From positions 153,954-217,953 of the forward strand of contig CAZUQX010000001.1 of the NCBI GenBank assembly GCA_964623205.1: a stretch of DNA of 64,000 nt. Direction: 5' to 3'. Below the pieces are notes generated by a model. It was not told the DNA's origin. It ran no database searches and saw only the letters and a list, made by a program, of their open reading frames with translations. Source of the DNA: an uncultured Candidatus Bathyarchaeia archaeon (GTDB lineage Archaea; Thermoproteota; Bathyarchaeia; Bathyarchaeales; Bathyarchaeaceae). Made by a program: the position numbers and the translations under genes. Shown piece after piece: positions 62,950-64,000 of the stretch; position 1 is the first letter of the stretch; every line of letters starts with the position of its first letter.

Positions 62950-64000
62950 TTAAATCTGGAATGAAGCCAGTTCCTCTTTATAAATTGAATTCACCCGGTT
63001 CCTCAATTCTTTAGGCATAGATATTGAAGTATGTAACGTGCAGAACGTTTTCCACAGCTCCTCTTCCCTGTCTTTTGCTTCCTGAATTAGCGGGCTTGCC
63101 TTAAACTCCTCAATCAATCCTCCCTCTGTCCCCCTCTTGGCTGCAAGATAGAACGCAAAAAGCTGTTCGTCCCTGCCCACCTTAGTGTGAGCGTATGTCA
63201 TCGTGATTGATTTTCCTCCAAACAGCGTAAAAAACCGCTTATACTCTGGCTCCAGCATGTTCTCTCGTAGCCCAATCTTTTCTGGGTCAATTCCGCTTCC
63301 AACACACATCAAATACATCTTAGCACAAATCGAGCAGTTGTGGCACCAGTGATAGTTTCGCCCCGCCTCTGTTTCAGTGAAGCAACTCATCTGATACTTC
63401 GCAATCTCTGGATAACGATGCGCTAAAATATACTGCACCATCATGTCCATAAGCGGCTCTATCAAGCTTCCAGTGTTAACTGAGCGCCCCGAGAACGTCT
63501 GCGTTATCTGGTCAATATGCACAGTCCAACGGTGAGACTGATCATAGCAGGGATAAACTATCCATTTGCCTTCAGCATCCATGTACGTTGCAGCAGCGGT
63601 TTGTTCGTTGCCAAAAAGCAGATACTTCGTTTTGAGAGCATACGCAAACGGTATCAACTCTAACGCATACTCGGTTGTTTGAAGCCCCCACCCCATCTCT
63701 GTGAAGGGCACTCCTAGATAGGGGTAGTCCCGAAACTTTCCGGGTTCATGCTTCAGAATGTTCAGTTCTTTGCCGAATTCATTTTTGAAGCGTCTCGCCA
63801 ACTCGGTTTTGTGTTTCTGTTCGTAGGTCATGCTCTCCTCGATAACATAGACCATTGCAGGTTCAAGCCCGATTTCGTCTGCTACTGCGTAGGTGAGGAG
63901 GCTGTCCTTTCCGAAACTTGTTCCAACAAGGGCGCCAGATGGCGAATCTACAGGTTGCTGTGAAGGGTATACTATGCCTGGGTCTAAAAACTGGTAATCT
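62950..64000 (-). CDS. PP-loop (SGGKDS-like) ATP pyrophosphatase superfamily protein, N-terminus beyond the window
   Basis: The frame stays open upstream of the track's ATG 63855. Manual translation gives ...DYQFLDPGIVYPSQQPVDSPSGALVGTSFGKDSLLTYAVADEIGLEPAMVYVIEES. SFGKDS is a PP-loop variant. A HWCHNCSICAKMY Cys motif lies downstream. Confidence 0.55.
   Translation of the reverse strand, partial: DYQFLDPGIVYPSQQPVDSPSGALVGTSFGKDSLLTYAVADEIGLEPAMVYVIEESMTYEQKHKTELARRFKNEFGKELNILKHEPGKFRDYPYLGVPFTEMGWGLQTTEYALELIPFAYALKTKYLLFGNEQTAAATYMDAEGKWIVYPCYDQSHRWTVHIDQITQTFSGRSVNTGSLIEPLMDMMVQYILAHRYPEIAKYQMSCFTETEAGRNYHWCHNCSICAKMYLMCVGSGIDPEKIGLRENMLEPEYKRFFTLFGGKSITMTYAHTKVGRDEQLFAFYLAAKRGTEGGLIEEFKASPLIQEAKDREEELWKTFCTLHTSISMPKELRNRVNSIYKEELASFQI

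Overview
The window is an archaeal chromosomal segment of about 77 supportable features. Archaeal markers include Alba, L7Ae/S28e/L24e, Nop10, aIF5B, AglB/STT3, CDP-archaeol synthase, RadB, FtsZ and archaeal-type class III signal peptides. I found no rRNA, CRISPR array, integrase or transposase.

Content from left to right:
- a tightly coupled trpEGDCFB operon on the minus strand
- Sec61-beta and the porGDAB 2-oxoacid:ferredoxin oxidoreductase
- Alba, an aminotransferase, an OB-fold protein, SWIM, Hsp20, a phosphoesterase and an IMPase
- tRNA-Leu(CAG), TrmB, tRNA-Pro(CGG)
- Nth, an RNase-H-fold nuclease with Clp1 kinase, RadB and CarS
- topoisomerase IA, AglB, PAC2, Nop10 and FtsZ
- inositol-1-phosphate synthase
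- an Epd/Tad-like type IV pilus operon with a 955-aa pilin-signal adhesin
- the conserved infB / L24e / S28e / L7Ae block
- a class III ribonucleotide reductase neighbourhood
- a small ligase/PLP cluster that runs off the right edge

Most notable observations:
1. A 741-aa protein (55150-57375) fuses a winged helix and an ATP-cone to an NrdD-like body. It lacks the catalytic cysteines and the glycyl-radical motif, and sits just upstream of nrdH-nrdD. I read it as a candidate nucleotide-sensing transcription factor.
2. The pilus operon has a split FlaJ-type platform and a giant LamG-containing pilin-like protein.
3. trpB carries a compensated double frameshift that scrambles its invariant GRPTPLY block.
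4. A membrane-tethered ArsR/PepSY regulator has twin palindromic operators next to a small-peptide plus radical-SAM/SPASM pair.
5. The 390-nt non-coding stretch upstream of rpl7ae contains a Shine-Dalgarno-sequestering hairpin and interleaved long-range complementarity.
6. An uncharacterised cluster combines PP-loop, ATP-grasp, GNAT and PLP-dependent genes.

All functional calls rest on motif recognition by eye. No database search was run.
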